64,000 nucleotides of DNA from an uncultured Pseudomonadota bacterium (GCA_963843375.1 CAWJKT010000001.1:160001-224000), one strand, 5' to 3'; shown: positions 21,197 through 31,430, counted from the stretch's first letter. Notes: generated from the sequence alone by a model not told the origin. Numbers and translations are program-made.

Positions 21197-23125
21197 ATGA
21201 ACTCCCAAACAAAATCTCCAGCGCCCGCCTCCTTCCGGCCGAAAAGAGTTTTCTTGCCGGAGGATGGGTTATATTTTATTTTCTTTATGATCATCCTGTC
21301 GCTTCTATCCTTTGTTTCCTTTCCGTTTTGGGCTGAAACTTTGGTGGTTATAGTAGGATTGATCCTTCCGTTGGGATTTATCTTATGGCGATACTCGAAA
21401 AGCCTACCCCGGGAAACGGCACCGGCCTTTTTGGAATCCTTTCCTGTCATGGGCTTTTGGATTTGGGTGATCCCCGGGATGTTGGCGGTTCTTTTGCGTT
21501 TTTGGGGCTTGACGAACTTTCTGGTTTGGCCCCAGGCGGATGAAGGGTTCAGCGGTCTGGCTGGAATCGAACTGAGCCGCCATTGGGACTGGCGGTTTTT
21601 TTACAGCGACGGCCAATCGCCGCCGGTTTTGGATTGGATTTGCGCTCTTTTTTTTAAGGCCACTAATTTCTATTTTTTCAATCTTTGGTTTCCCCCGGCA
21701 GTATTCTCGATTTTGACCCTGATCCTGGGTTACCTAGCCGCGCGCCAGTATTTTTCCCGCTCCTTTTCCTGGTTCTTGGCCGGGCTCATTGCCTTCAGTT
21801 TCTGGCCCCTCTATCTGGGGCGATTGTGTCTTCAAGTGGTCATGTTCCCCCCATGGGAGATGGCGTCTTTTTGGGCCCTTGGAAAATTTTTAAAAGCAAG
21901 ACACGCTTTCAGGATCAGGTGGGCCTGCGGCCTGGGGTTCGTGGTGGGGTTGGGGGCCTATACCTACGTGCCTTGGGTTTTTATACCCATCCTGGTATCC
22001 CTGATCCTCCTGTTTGAAACGGGTTTTCCCCAAAAGGAAAACTTCCGAAATTTTTTCATTTATCTCTTTTTCCTGGTCCTGGGTGCTTCCTGGTTCATCA
22101 CCGCCTGTTTCCGGGAAGGTTATGGCGACCATATTTCTTCCCTTTGGGCCGGGAAGACCGTTTTTTCTTGGACACACCATTTGGGAGTTATATTTGACTA
22201 TTTCAATATCCTATTTTGGGGCTTCGCGGGGGAGGTGCCGCGCTATATTCCGTTCCAAGGTGGTTACCTGAATCCCTTGCTTGGCGCTTTGTTTTTCCTG
22301 GGATTGGCTGAGGCTTGGCGGTTTCGAAAATTGCCCCTGGTCAAGGTGCTGGGGGTGGCTTTCGCTCTTTTCCTCCTTCCGGGTGTGCTTTCCGCCAACG
22401 TCCAGGGTCTAAGAATCGTCCCACTCATGCCCCTGGCGCTTTTCCTGTCGGCCTTCGGTTTCCAAAGCTTGACCAAGACATGGATGCCGTCCAACCGTTT
22501 TGGACTGGCGGTGGTTTTGCTGATTGCCACCGCAGGGCTGGATGTTCACCGCCTGGTTCAACCATATCTCGATCCCGGTCAATATGACGCGACCTTCCGG
22601 AAAATCGATAAAAATCCGGCCTTGTTCCATGCCTACCAATTGCTGATGCCTTGGTCCCGGGGAGCGGGGTTAGTTTTCACCGACTTCACACCCGAAAGAG
22701 ACCAGACCCTGAGAGGAGCTACCTACCCATTTAATGCTGCTTGGGATAAATCACTTGCTCCCGGACGGAGCCAATGGGCTGCTCTCCTAGCCGAAAAGGA
22801 AGATATGGGCTTACTCTCCCAAAGGTTTCCGGGAGCGGTTTGGACTAAATTGGGTCCAGGGTCAGGGGAGGGGTTTGACTTGGTTTTGGGAGTAATTCGG
22901 GTCACACGGGGTAATTATGATGCCTTAATGGCATGGGCCGGAATCCCCTTTAGTTATTTCCAGGGCTTGAGTTCTGCGATGAATGAGGTGAAGAATAAGA
23001 GAACCTATGATGATGCCCTGGACAAGTTTAACCATCCCCCAGCGGAGGTCACGGCGGACCCTTTCCTCAAGGTCTGCTGGGAAAGAAGAACATTGGAATT
23101 TTATCATCACTTTGGTCGGCATTGA
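21197..23125 (+). CDS. ArnT/GT39-like polytopic membrane glycosyltransferase
   Basis: LRFWGL....ADEG acidic pair after first TMs, about 12 hydrophobic segments, soluble C-terminal region; start uncertain (track 21170). Confidence 0.7.
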   Translation: MNSQTKSPAPASFRPKRVFLPEDGLYFIFFMIILSLLSFVSFPFWAETLVVIVGLILPLGFILWRYSKSLPRETAPAFLESFPVMGFWIWVIPGMLAVLLRFWGLTNFLVWPQADEGFSGLAGIELSRHWDWRFFYSDGQSPPVLDWICALFFKATNFYFFNLWFPPAVFSILTLILGYLAARQYFSRSFSWFLAGLIAFSFWPLYLGRLCLQVVMFPPWEMASFWALGKFLKARHAFRIRWACGLGFVVGLGAYTYVPWVFIPILVSLILLFETGFPQKENFRNFFIYLFFLVLGASWFITACFREGYGDHISSLWAGKTVFSWTHHLGVIFDYFNILFWGFAGEVPRYIPFQGGYLNPLLGALFFLGLAEAWRFRKLPLVKVLGVAFALFLLPGVLSANVQGLRIVPLMPLALFLSAFGFQSLTKTWMPSNRFGLAVVLLIATAGLDVHRLVQPYLDPGQYDATFRKIDKNPALFHAYQLLMPWSRGAGLVFTDFTPERDQTLRGATYPFNAAWDKSLAPGRSQWAALLAEKEDMGLLSQRFPGAVWTKLGPGSGEGFDLVLGVIRVTRGNYDALMAWAGIPFSYFQGLSSAMNEVKNKRTYDDALDKFNHPPAEVTADPFLKVCWERRTLEFYHHFGRH

Positions 23126-23133
23126 TTGGTCAC

Positions 23134-23165
23134 AAAAAAAGCCCAGGGACAAGGGTCCCTGGGCT
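23134..23165 (-). terminator. Rho-independent terminator, minus orientation
   Basis: A7 run then perfect 10-bp stem GCCCAGGGAC-AAGG-GTCCCTGGGC; U tail only on minus strand. Confidence 0.75.
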
Positions 23166-23375
23166 CAATATGAAACCGTTATAACCTTTGAAAAATAAAA
23201 ACTTTTAATATCGTCGGGAATCACTAACCCATCGCGGGCTCGTGTTTTCCTTCCACCTTAAAGTGTTGTTCAAGGGGCATTTATTCCCCAGAATTTAAAA
23301 TATTTGGTTCTTAAACCGAGTTATTTTAAGATTTCGCTATAGATTCCCGGTCCGAGACTACTAAGGAGGAGAAAA

Positions 23376-23861
23376 TTGGATAAAAACATATTTCTTTACG
23401 CGATTCATATTAAATCTACCCCTCGGGAGCTTTGGGCCGCCTTGACGGGCCCGGAATTCTCAAAAAAATATTTCTTTGGTTATAGGGTGAAATCCAACTG
23501 GAAAAGGGGTTCTCCCATCGCCTATATCCGTCCGGATGGGGCGACGGATATCCAAGGGAAAATCCTGAAATGCGACCCGCCCAAAGTCCTTGCCTATACC
23601 TTTGATACTCCGTTCGTCAGGGTGAAGCGCAAAGGGCCGACCCGGGTGACTTTCGAAATATTCCCCATGTTGGGAGGGGTAAAGCTTCTTTTGACTCACA
23701 GTAACCTTATTCCAAAAGATACCCAGAAGAAGATTCTAACTCTGCGTGGTTTAAACAACGGCTGGCCCGCTATTTTGTCCAACCTGAAGAGTCTTTTGGA
23801 AACGGGGAAGGGTTGCCTGGACCTTTCCAAGATGAATCCGGATGGAAGCCTTAAGAAGTGA
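23376..23861 (+). CDS. SRPBCC/AHSA1-domain protein
   Basis: AAGGAGG RBS; LWAALT.P, G.ILKCDPPK.LAYTF, GWPAILSNLKSLLETG. Confidence 0.85.
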   Translation: MDKNIFLYAIHIKSTPRELWAALTGPEFSKKYFFGYRVKSNWKRGSPIAYIRPDGATDIQGKILKCDPPKVLAYTFDTPFVRVKRKGPTRVTFEIFPMLGGVKLLLTHSNLIPKDTQKKILTLRGLNNGWPAILSNLKSLLETGKGCLDLSKMNPDGSLKK

Positions 23862-23899
23862 TATTGGCCAACGTAGATTAAAGTGAAAAAGGAGCCAAC

Positions 23900-24358
23900 A
23901 TGAAACTTACCAAAATACCCAAAATGGTTGTTTGGTCCGAAAGCCATTATGTCTTTATTGAGAAGGTTGGGTCATTTCAAAAGACGGCCCCTCAGGCTTG
24001 GAATAGCCTTCATAAACTTGTTTCGAAAATATCCGAAGAAAACAAAATCACGGGCTTTATGAGCCTCTATAAGTTCAAGCCCAAGATGACCTACCGGGCT
24101 GGGGTCACAGTGGCGGCCAAACCCAAAATCCTGCCGAAAGGGGTCAAGTACGAGAAATTCAAGGGCGGCAAATATGCCCGCTTTGTCCTGACCGGGTCTT
24201 ATTCAGACCTTCCCGAAGCTTGCGGTATTATTTTTAATCAAATTGTGCCCGCTGAAAAAATTAAAATGCGAAACGGCTGGTGCCTCGAGAATTACGTGAA
24301 CGACCCCCGGGTCATTCCCGAAAAGAAATTGATCACTCAAATCCTTATTCCCGTTTAG
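23900..24358 (+). CDS. GyrI-like small-molecule-binding protein
   Basis: YRAGV, GGKYARF...GSY, LENYVNDP, LITQILIPV. Confidence 0.85.
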   Translation: MKLTKIPKMVVWSESHYVFIEKVGSFQKTAPQAWNSLHKLVSKISEENKITGFMSLYKFKPKMTYRAGVTVAAKPKILPKGVKYEKFKGGKYARFVLTGSYSDLPEACGIIFNQIVPAEKIKMRNGWCLENYVNDPRVIPEKKLITQILIPV

Positions 24359-24377
24359 CCGGATATGGGGAATTAGA

Positions 24378-24908
24378 ATGTTCAAATACTACGCCTTTCT
24401 TCGCGGCATCAATGTCGGCGGCCGGGTGGTCAAGATGGACGCCCTGACCGAGATGTTCATTTCCCTGAAGCTCAAAAACGTCAAAACCTTCATCCAAAGC
24501 GGTAACGTGATATTCGAATCCCCGGAAAAGAACACGAAAGTTCAGGCGGAAAGAATCGAAAAGAAACTCCTAAAGGAACTGGGTTACCAGGTTCCGGCGT
24601 TGTTGAGGACCCGCGAGGAACTGGAAAGCCTGATCAAACACGATCCCTTTAAGAAAATGAAATCTGACGCGAAGACCTATGTGGTATTGATCGCTGAGGA
24701 ACTAAAGGAAAAACCCAAGCTCCCCTTGGTATCGCAGAAGGACGGGGTGAAGGTTTTGGGTATGAGGAAGGCCGATATCTTCTGCGAGGCCCTGCCCCTC
24801 AAGGGGGGGCGCTGGGGATTCCCCAACGCTTTCATCGAGAAGCAGTTCAAGGTTCCCGCCACCACTCGCAATTGGAATACCCTTTCTAAGATTTTTGAAA
24901 AAGGATGA
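24378..24908 (+). CDS. DUF1697-family protein
   Basis: YAFLRGINVGG, VKTFIQSGNVIF, TTRNWNTL. Confidence 0.88.
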   Translation: MFKYYAFLRGINVGGRVVKMDALTEMFISLKLKNVKTFIQSGNVIFESPEKNTKVQAERIEKKLLKELGYQVPALLRTREELESLIKHDPFKKMKSDAKTYVVLIAEELKEKPKLPLVSQKDGVKVLGMRKADIFCEALPLKGGRWGFPNAFIEKQFKVPATTRNWNTLSKIFEKG

Positions 24909-25169
24909 GAAGGTTTTTGAAAAGTTTTTTAAAGACTTTTCCTCGTCTTGCAACGTTCCGCTAAACCGAAAATAACAAGAACCAATCGGAAACCAAGTTC
25001 TTGAAAGTTAAATTAAAGGCCCGCGGGTTTAGATGAGCGGTTCAAAAGGCACCCCATTTGTTTCTCCGGTTCTCTTGATGACTTAAACTAGTTACAACCT
25101 TGTAACTCCTTGCCTCCCGGGCGCGGAAATCTTATTGATAACGAAATCCGAAGACCTGGGAGGGGTGCC

Positions 25170-26204
25170 GTGAAAAACAAAAAAGGAGAACCAACCGGAG
25201 CCGTGAAGAGAGTAAAACCCCTGAGGTTTCCCTGGGAAACGGCCGATCCCTTTCTTTTTTGTGCCCACCATGACGACGCCTATCCGGCGGGGAATGACCG
25301 GATGGAACCTAAGGCTTCCCTCAAAGGCCGCAACCTCGGAAACGACTTCGAGGGCAAGGATGGTTGGCGCATGTACCATGGGGAAACCGTGCCAGGTTTT
25401 CCCCAGCACCCCCACCGCGGCTTTGAGACCGTGACCGTGGTGAGCCGGGGCTTTATCGACCATTCAGATTCCCTCGGTGCCACTGCACGATTCGGCCAAG
25501 GCGACGCCCAATGGCTCACCGCCGGCAAGGGCATCAACCATTCAGAGATGTTTCCCCTGTTGGACCCCCAGAAGCCCAACCCTCTTGAGCTTTTCCAGAT
25601 TTGGCTGAACCTGCCAAAAGAGGGGAAGATGGTCGCCCCTTATTTTTCCATGCAATGGGCTGAAAAGATTCCGAAGGTAACGGCCAGTGACGAGGTTGGG
25701 CGAAAGACCGAAGTGACCCTTATCGCCGGGCAATTGGGGGACAAGAAGGCTCTGCCGCCGCCACCCGATTCCTGGGCTGCACGGTCCGAGAGCGACTTGG
25801 CTATTTGGACCCTGAGAATGGACTCGAAGGCCCAATGGACCTTGCCCAAGGCAAAAAAAGGAACCAACCGAACTCTCTATTTCTATCGGGGTGATTCAAT
25901 CGTCATTGGCGGCGTGCCGGTGAAGTTTCGCCAAGGGGTCGAGTTGGAGCCGGACATGGATGTTTTATTGGAGAATGGTGACCAAGAGGCCGAACTGCTT
26001 CTCTTGCAGGGCCATCCCATTGGCGAGCCGGTGGCCCAATACGGGCCTTTTGTGATGAATTCCTTGGGAGAGATTCGTCAGGCTTACGAGGATTACCAAA
26101 GGACGCAGTTTGGCGGATGGCCTTGGAAATCCGATGACCCGGTTCATTCCCGTGAGGAGACCCGCTTCGCCAAGCATGCGGGTGGGCGCATTGAGCGTCC
26201 TTAA
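25170..26204 (+). CDS. Pirin-family protein
   Basis: GFPQHPHRGFETVT, DHSDSLG, GINHSEM, QIWLNLP, GPFVMN. Confidence 0.92.
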   Translation: MKNKKGEPTGAVKRVKPLRFPWETADPFLFCAHHDDAYPAGNDRMEPKASLKGRNLGNDFEGKDGWRMYHGETVPGFPQHPHRGFETVTVVSRGFIDHSDSLGATARFGQGDAQWLTAGKGINHSEMFPLLDPQKPNPLELFQIWLNLPKEGKMVAPYFSMQWAEKIPKVTASDEVGRKTEVTLIAGQLGDKKALPPPPDSWAARSESDLAIWTLRMDSKAQWTLPKAKKGTNRTLYFYRGDSIVIGGVPVKFRQGVELEPDMDVLLENGDQEAELLLLQGHPIGEPVAQYGPFVMNSLGEIRQAYEDYQRTQFGGWPWKSDDPVHSREETRFAKHAGGRIERP

Positions 26205-26298
26205 GGTTTAGGATTAGCTAAGAATAATTGTAAATCACTTGAGGTTAAGACGCCGCCGACCATTCCAGCAATGATTGCAGATACCAAAGTAAGGCGAA

Positions 26299-27777
26299 TT
26301 ATCTTACATCCCGTCCAGTAAGCACGGCCGCGCCGCGCTTGGCTAGTTCCCAGCCGCCCTTGAGGTTCCACAGGGGGTCGGTGAGGCGGATCTTGGAAAG
26401 CAGATACTTGGGGCGGAACAATACTTCACGATAGGCTTCCCGGCGCAGGCGGATCAAATCCTGGGTGGTTAGGGCTTCGGTGCGAATCACCGGCATGGGC
26501 GCCAGGGGTGAATACTGCGACCAATCCTTGTGGTTCAGGTAGCCGTTCTTTTCGTAAAAGGGGTACATCTCGGTATTAGGGAAGGGCGTCGAGAAGCAGA
26601 ATTGGGTATAGAAGGGGTCGATTTCCTTGATGAAATTGATGGTCCGGCGCCAAGTATCCTCGGTTTCGCCGGGTAAGCCGCAGATGGTCATGCCGTAGAA
26701 AAGAATGTCCGCTTCCTTGCAGGCGGAGGCGCACTTGGCGATATCTTCTTTGGTCACGCCCTTGTTGATGATCTCCAAAATCTTATCATCTCCGCTCTCG
26801 ATTCCTACCGCCAACTCGCGGCAGCCGGATTGGCGCATCATCTTGAGTGAGGGAACGTCGGTCAAGTTGGCGCGAGTGCAGCAGACCCATTCCATGTTTA
26901 CTTCGTCCTTGATCAGGGCCTCGGCCAGGTCGGCGGTGCGGTCGGAGTTCAAGGCCAACAGGTCGTCAAAGAAGAGCACGTTCTTGGCGCCGAATACTCT
27001 TTAAGCCACTTCAGTTCCTCGGCTACCTGTTTGTGGGGGCGGGGACGGTATTTTTCCAGAGCATAGGCGCAGAAGGTACAGCCGAAGGGGCAGCCCCGGG
27101 AGGTCTGGATCATCACGAAATGGTCCTGGAAGACCCCCGTGTGGTAGGGGGCGATGGAAGGCAGCATGTCGTAGGCCGGGAAGGGGGCGATGCTGACGTC
27201 CATCAGCATCGGGGGTGGGGTTTTGACGACGCCCTCTTTTTCGTTGTAGTAGGTCAGGCCGTTGATGCCGGAAAACCAACCGGTCGACTTGGGGGGCAGG
27301 TTGCCCATGGGGGCTAAGTTCGGATTCAAGCCTCTTGGCCAGGCTCGGCAGGATGGCGTCCAGTTCGCCCATCAGGTAAAGGTCTATTTCGGGGTGGTTC
27401 TTGACCACGTCCTCAAGGAACCAGGGAACCTCGGAGATGATTTTGTTTCGGATGACGGTGACGCAGTTGGGATTGGTAGCCTTGGCGAGTTGCAAGACCT
27501 TCAAGTCTTCTTCCTGGCAGTCGAAGGCCATGCGGGTTACGACCAAGTGGGGTTCAAAGGAACTCAAGAGGCGTCCGACATGCTCCAGCTTAAGGTCGAA
27601 CCCATTGGCGTCCATAACTTTGACGTCAAAGCCAGCCTGGCGAAGGGAAGCGGCGCCTTGGAGAATGGACAAGGGCGGATAAACCGAACCGACATCGCGG
27701 TGTTCGTATCGTTCCTCGCGGACGACCGGAAGGTTTTTTACCCGAGGCGGATTGATTAAAAGAACTCTTAATCTCAT
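26299..27777 (-). CDS. B12-binding radical SAM protein, two frameshifts (about 27330 and 27000)
   Basis: LLINPP, YPPLSI, SRGCPFGCTFC, FFDD, GIESG, TPFPNT across three track ORFs. Confidence 0.85.
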
Positions 27778-27831
27778 GAAACGGTTTCTCCTAACGACCA
27801 AGTATACCAGTGGTCGGAACAACTTTGGACC

Positions 27832-27934
27832 AGTTTTAAATTCTAAATTTTGAGTGCTGAGGTATGAGGGTTTTTCATCCCTTTTGGTTGAAAAACGTCA
27901 GCAACTTAAACTAAGAACTTTGAACTCAAAACTC
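27832..27934. repeat. Imperfect palindrome built from 7-nt tandem units (STRR-like)
   Basis: AGTTTTA-AATTCTA-AATTTTG-AGTGCTG-AGGTATG left arm; central GTTTTTCA/TGAAAAAC stem; right arm of complementary AACT-containing heptamers. Confidence 0.55.
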
Positions 27935-27940
27935 CAGGTG

Positions 27941-28606
27941 TCAACTTCCCGCATCCAAGCGGTATTTGGCGAATGCGTCCTGGGCCGCCTCATTGCTGGC
28001 GTCCCGGATGTCTTCCCAGCGTTGCAAATGGGAGGTGTAGTTCAAATCCCTCAAGGTCATTTCGGTTTGGCCGTCGTTAAAGTGCCATTCTTTCAGGAGC
28101 ACGTCGTTACCCAGTGATTCAGGAGTGCTGTTGGAGGTTTTGTTCCACCGCCGGTATTGGTGGGCCCATTTTTCCACGGGGATATTCTTGGCCCCATCTG
28201 CCTCCCACATGCTGGACATGAAATAAAGCTTGCTGTTGGGGAGATAAAAAAGCAAGTCCATGGAAGCGGGCCCCGTCACCCCTTCCGAAGGGCCTAGGGT
28301 GGCGATCTGAAACTGGGGGTCGTTATTGAAAGGTCGCAGCTTGTTCTTGGCCAGGGGGTACTTTTGAAGCACATCCGCCATGTTGTTCCCCAGGGCAATA
28401 TCATTGACTTGGCGGGGAAGGGGGATGTTGGGCCCGGCGAAGAAGCTTTTGAAAACCCCGGCGCTCCATAACGCCGTCAAAATAATAAGGGCGAAAATAA
28501 CACCAATGACCCTCCCCTTCCATTTTCCGGGAGTTGGAAGAGAAGAGGCGGTTGGGCTTTGAGTTTCTTCGTTAGAGGCTGGTGGCTGCTTGCGGCGTGT
28601 TGGCAT
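27941..28606 (-). CDS. Hypothetical protein with N-terminal membrane anchor
   Basis: 221-aa ORF between radical SAM genes, one TM segment then soluble domain; no family recognised. Confidence 0.7.
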   Translation of the reverse strand: MPTRRKQPPASNEETQSPTASSLPTPGKWKGRVIGVIFALIILTALWSAGVFKSFFAGPNIPLPRQVNDIALGNNMADVLQKYPLAKNKLRPFNNDPQFQIATLGPSEGVTGPASMDLLFYLPNSKLYFMSSMWEADGAKNIPVEKWAHQYRRWNKTSNSTPESLGNDVLLKEWHFNDGQTEMTLRDLNYTSHLQRWEDIRDASNEAAQDAFAKYRLDAGS

Positions 28607-30110
28607 TGGCTGTCGCGCTTTCCGGGAGTGGATCGCCGTAATCTTGAACGTGGCCCAATAGGGATTTCAATCCCCGCCAGAGAAGGTTCACTTCCCTGAG
28701 AGATCGAACTGTCACCAATTGCCGAAAAATGAATTTCGGGGTTTTCATCAGGTTCCAGGTTTTAGTCGCCCACTCACTCGCATTGATTGTTGTCTTCAAA
28801 ATCGGATGACTCATGTCATACTTCTCGTAATCCTTCTCCCCGATCAGCAGCCAGCCTTTGTTCACCGACTCGCGCCATAAGGGAGATCCGGGATAGGCGA
28901 CGACCACCGAAGCCTGCATACAATCGCCCGCCCTGACCTTGTAAAGCAAAAGCTCCTTCGTGACTTCGTACGTCTTACGGACATCCTCCTCGGTTTCCCA
29001 AGGGTATCCCATCATCGTGGTCAAAAGCACAACCAGACCTCTGTCCTTGGCCATCTTGACCCCGTTGCCGATCAAATTTACGGTTTCGCACTTGGCCAGG
29101 TGCTTGATGCTGTAATCGGAGCCGGACTCTAGCCCGATCTTTAAAAGCCGCCAGCCGCACTTCACCAGCAGGTCGACCACTTCCTCGTTCAAGGTGTCGG
29201 CGCGGCAATTGGAAGAGAACTGGAAACGGCCCAATAGTTTGCGGGCGGTGAGTTCCTTGTAAAATTCCTTGAGCCATTCGATGTTGTAAATGGGGCCGGA
29301 TTCGTTGTCGTCAAAAAATTCCCAGACACCATGTTTCTCGATACAGATCTGCATTTCCTCGGCCACGTTGGCCGGTGAGCGAAGGCGCGCGGTTTTGCCC
29401 CAGAGGGCGTGCTGCCAGATGCAGAAGGTGCAAACTCCCACGCTGTTAGGAGAGGCGTCGGATGCGCCACAGCCCCGGCCCGTAAGGATATAAGCCGTGG
29501 GGCGCAGGAGATAGGCTTCGCCATAATCCTGGAAGCGAGTCAGGACCCGGTCAATAAAGGGAAGGGAATCCAAAGCGTCGGTTAGTTTGTGAGGTCCGGT
29601 GGTGACGGACTTGCCGGAGGCATCCCGGTACCAAACGCCGGGTCCCAGGGGTTCTTTCCCGGATAGGAATTGGACGATGTTGCGGCCCACGATATCGTAA
29701 TCGCCGCCGGTCATGACGTAATCAACTTTCGAGTTCAGAATGGATTCCTCGGGAAAGTAACTGACATGGTCCCCCATTAAGGCGATCTTCATGTTCGGGA
29801 ATCGGGCTTTCAACTCCTCAATATATTTCCAATGGCGCTTCACCACGGGAGCCTTGGTTTCAAGAAAGACGACTTCGGGTGCGAAGTCGGTCAGGTACTT
29901 GTCGAATTCCTCATCGGACATGCGGCGGTTGATGCCATCCAGCCATAATACTTCATGGCCTAAATGTTTTAGGTTGGTCGCTAAGTGGCCCGGGACCAAT
30001 GGAAAGATGCGGACTTCAAGTGTTTTTGAGAATTTGAGATGGCGGTTTTGGGTTAATAAGGGAAGCTCGCCGTCCTTGCGGAAGGGAGGGTACAAAATAG
30101 CGGCTTTCAT
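28572..30110 (-). CDS. B12-binding radical SAM protein with expanded Cx12Cx2C motif
   Basis: ILYPP, GDHVS, GRGCGASDASPNSVGVCTFC, FFDD, GLESG, YPGSPL. Confidence 0.88.
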   Translation of the reverse strand: MKAAILYPPFRKDGELPLLTQNRHLKFSKTLEVRIFPLVPGHLATNLKHLGHEVLWLDGINRRMSDEEFDKYLTDFAPEVVFLETKAPVVKRHWKYIEELKARFPNMKIALMGDHVSYFPEESILNSKVDYVMTGGDYDIVGRNIVQFLSGKEPLGPGVWYRDASGKSVTTGPHKLTDALDSLPFIDRVLTRFQDYGEAYLLRPTAYILTGRGCGASDASPNSVGVCTFCIWQHALWGKTARLRSPANVAEEMQICIEKHGVWEFFDDNESGPIYNIEWLKEFYKELTARKLLGRFQFSSNCRADTLNEEVVDLLVKCGWRLLKIGLESGSDYSIKHLAKCETVNLIGNGVKMAKDRGLVVLLTTMMGYPWETEEDVRKTYEVTKELLLYKVRAGDCMQASVVVAYPGSPLWRESVNKGWLLIGEKDYEKYDMSHPILKTTINASEWATKTWNLMKTPKFIFRQLVTVRSLREVNLLWRGLKSLLGHVQDYGDPLPESATANANTPQAATSL

Positions 30111-30275
30111 TAAAGACCTCTTGGTTTTTTAATAAGAAACTTTTCTTGGATGTTCAAGTCTATCAACTTGTTTAAAAAGTTCCAAGGGCGCTTTTTAAGC
30201 ACCAAATATTTACAAGCAATTTTGAACACCCCGAGAATCTATTGAAATATTCAGGGTTTAAGTGCTTGGGTATTC

Positions 30276-31277
30276 TTATATTCTACCGCGATAGTAATCA
30301 ATGGTCTGCTTAAGCCCCTCGTTTAACGAGACTTTGGGTTCCCAGTGGAGGATCTTTTTCGCCTTGGAAATATCAGGTTTGCGCTTAATGGGATCGTCCT
30401 GGGGAAGGGGTTTCTTCACTATTTTCGCAGTCGGTTTCCCGCATAACGCTTTCACTACCTTCGCAAATTGAAGAATCGTAGTTTCTTGGGGATTGCCCAA
30501 GTTGAACACGTCTCCTTCGGTTTTGGGGGTGGAAATGGCTTTCCAGATTCCCTGGACCAGATCGGACACGTAACAAAAGCTCCGGGTTTGGGAACCGTCC
30601 CCGTAGATGGTCAAGGGTTGACCAGTAAGGGCCTGGTTGATCAAGTTGGAAACTACCCGCCCGTCATTTTCATTCAAGCGCGGCCCGTAAGTATTAAAAA
30701 TGCGGATGAGCCGGGCGTTCACCTTGTGCTTATGATGATACTCGTAAACCAAGGCCTCGCCCAATCGCTTGCTCTCGTCATAGCAGGAGCGTGGCCCGAA
30801 GGAATTCACGTTTCCCCAATAGCTTTCAACCTGGGGATGGATTTTAGGGTTGCCGTAAACTTCCGAGGTGGAGGCGAAAACGAAACGGGCCCCTTTTTTC
30901 TTACAATATTCCAAAAGACGGTAAGTGCCGATGGAATTGGTCAGGATTGTTTCGATGGAGTTTTTCATGTAGCCGATAGGCGACGCGGGAGAGGCGAGAT
31001 GAAACACGTAATCCGCCTTGGGAAGGAAGCGGGGAAAGCCCCGAGCTACATCCCTCAAGAAACGCGGCAGCCCCAGGAATCGGGGCAGGCCTTTGATGAT
31101 GTCTTGATTGATGAACCGGAAACGAGGATGGCGCCGCAAGTGGGCGATGTTTTCCAATTTTCCCGTAATCAGATTGTCGACGCAGACCACCTGGTGATCC
31201 AGGGAGATCAGGTAATCGCAAAGATGGGACCCGACGAAACCCGCTCCGCCGGTCACCAGGGAATGGATACGTTTCAT
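30276..31277 (-). CDS. UDP-glucuronate decarboxylase-like NAD-dependent epimerase/dehydratase
   Basis: LVTGGAGFVGSHL, HLASPASP, ASTSEVYG, GPRSCYDESKR, RIFNTYGP, QTRSFCYVSD. Confidence 0.92.
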   Translation of the reverse strand: MKRIHSLVTGGAGFVGSHLCDYLISLDHQVVCVDNLITGKLENIAHLRRHPRFRFINQDIIKGLPRFLGLPRFLRDVARGFPRFLPKADYVFHLASPASPIGYMKNSIETILTNSIGTYRLLEYCKKKGARFVFASTSEVYGNPKIHPQVESYWGNVNSFGPRSCYDESKRLGEALVYEYHHKHKVNARLIRIFNTYGPRLNENDGRVVSNLINQALTGQPLTIYGDGSQTRSFCYVSDLVQGIWKAISTPKTEGDVFNLGNPQETTILQFAKVVKALCGKPTAKIVKKPLPQDDPIKRKPDISKAKKILHWEPKVSLNEGLKQTIDYYRGRI

Positions 31278-31430
31278 GGAACCTCAAACCATCGGAATTA
31301 GCGATCAATGAGGGTGGGAGTTTAACACATGGCCTTGCCGGACTCCAGAAAAAGGCTTACCCTCCTCAAACTCCGCAGGAGTTGGAGGTTATGTAGTTGA
31401 TTGTGGAGAATATCTTAATTTTTCAACCGG

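Noticed and set aside
23376..26204. Mobile island carrying the plus-strand stress genes
   Set aside because: No integrase, transposase, tRNA target or flanking direct repeats seen
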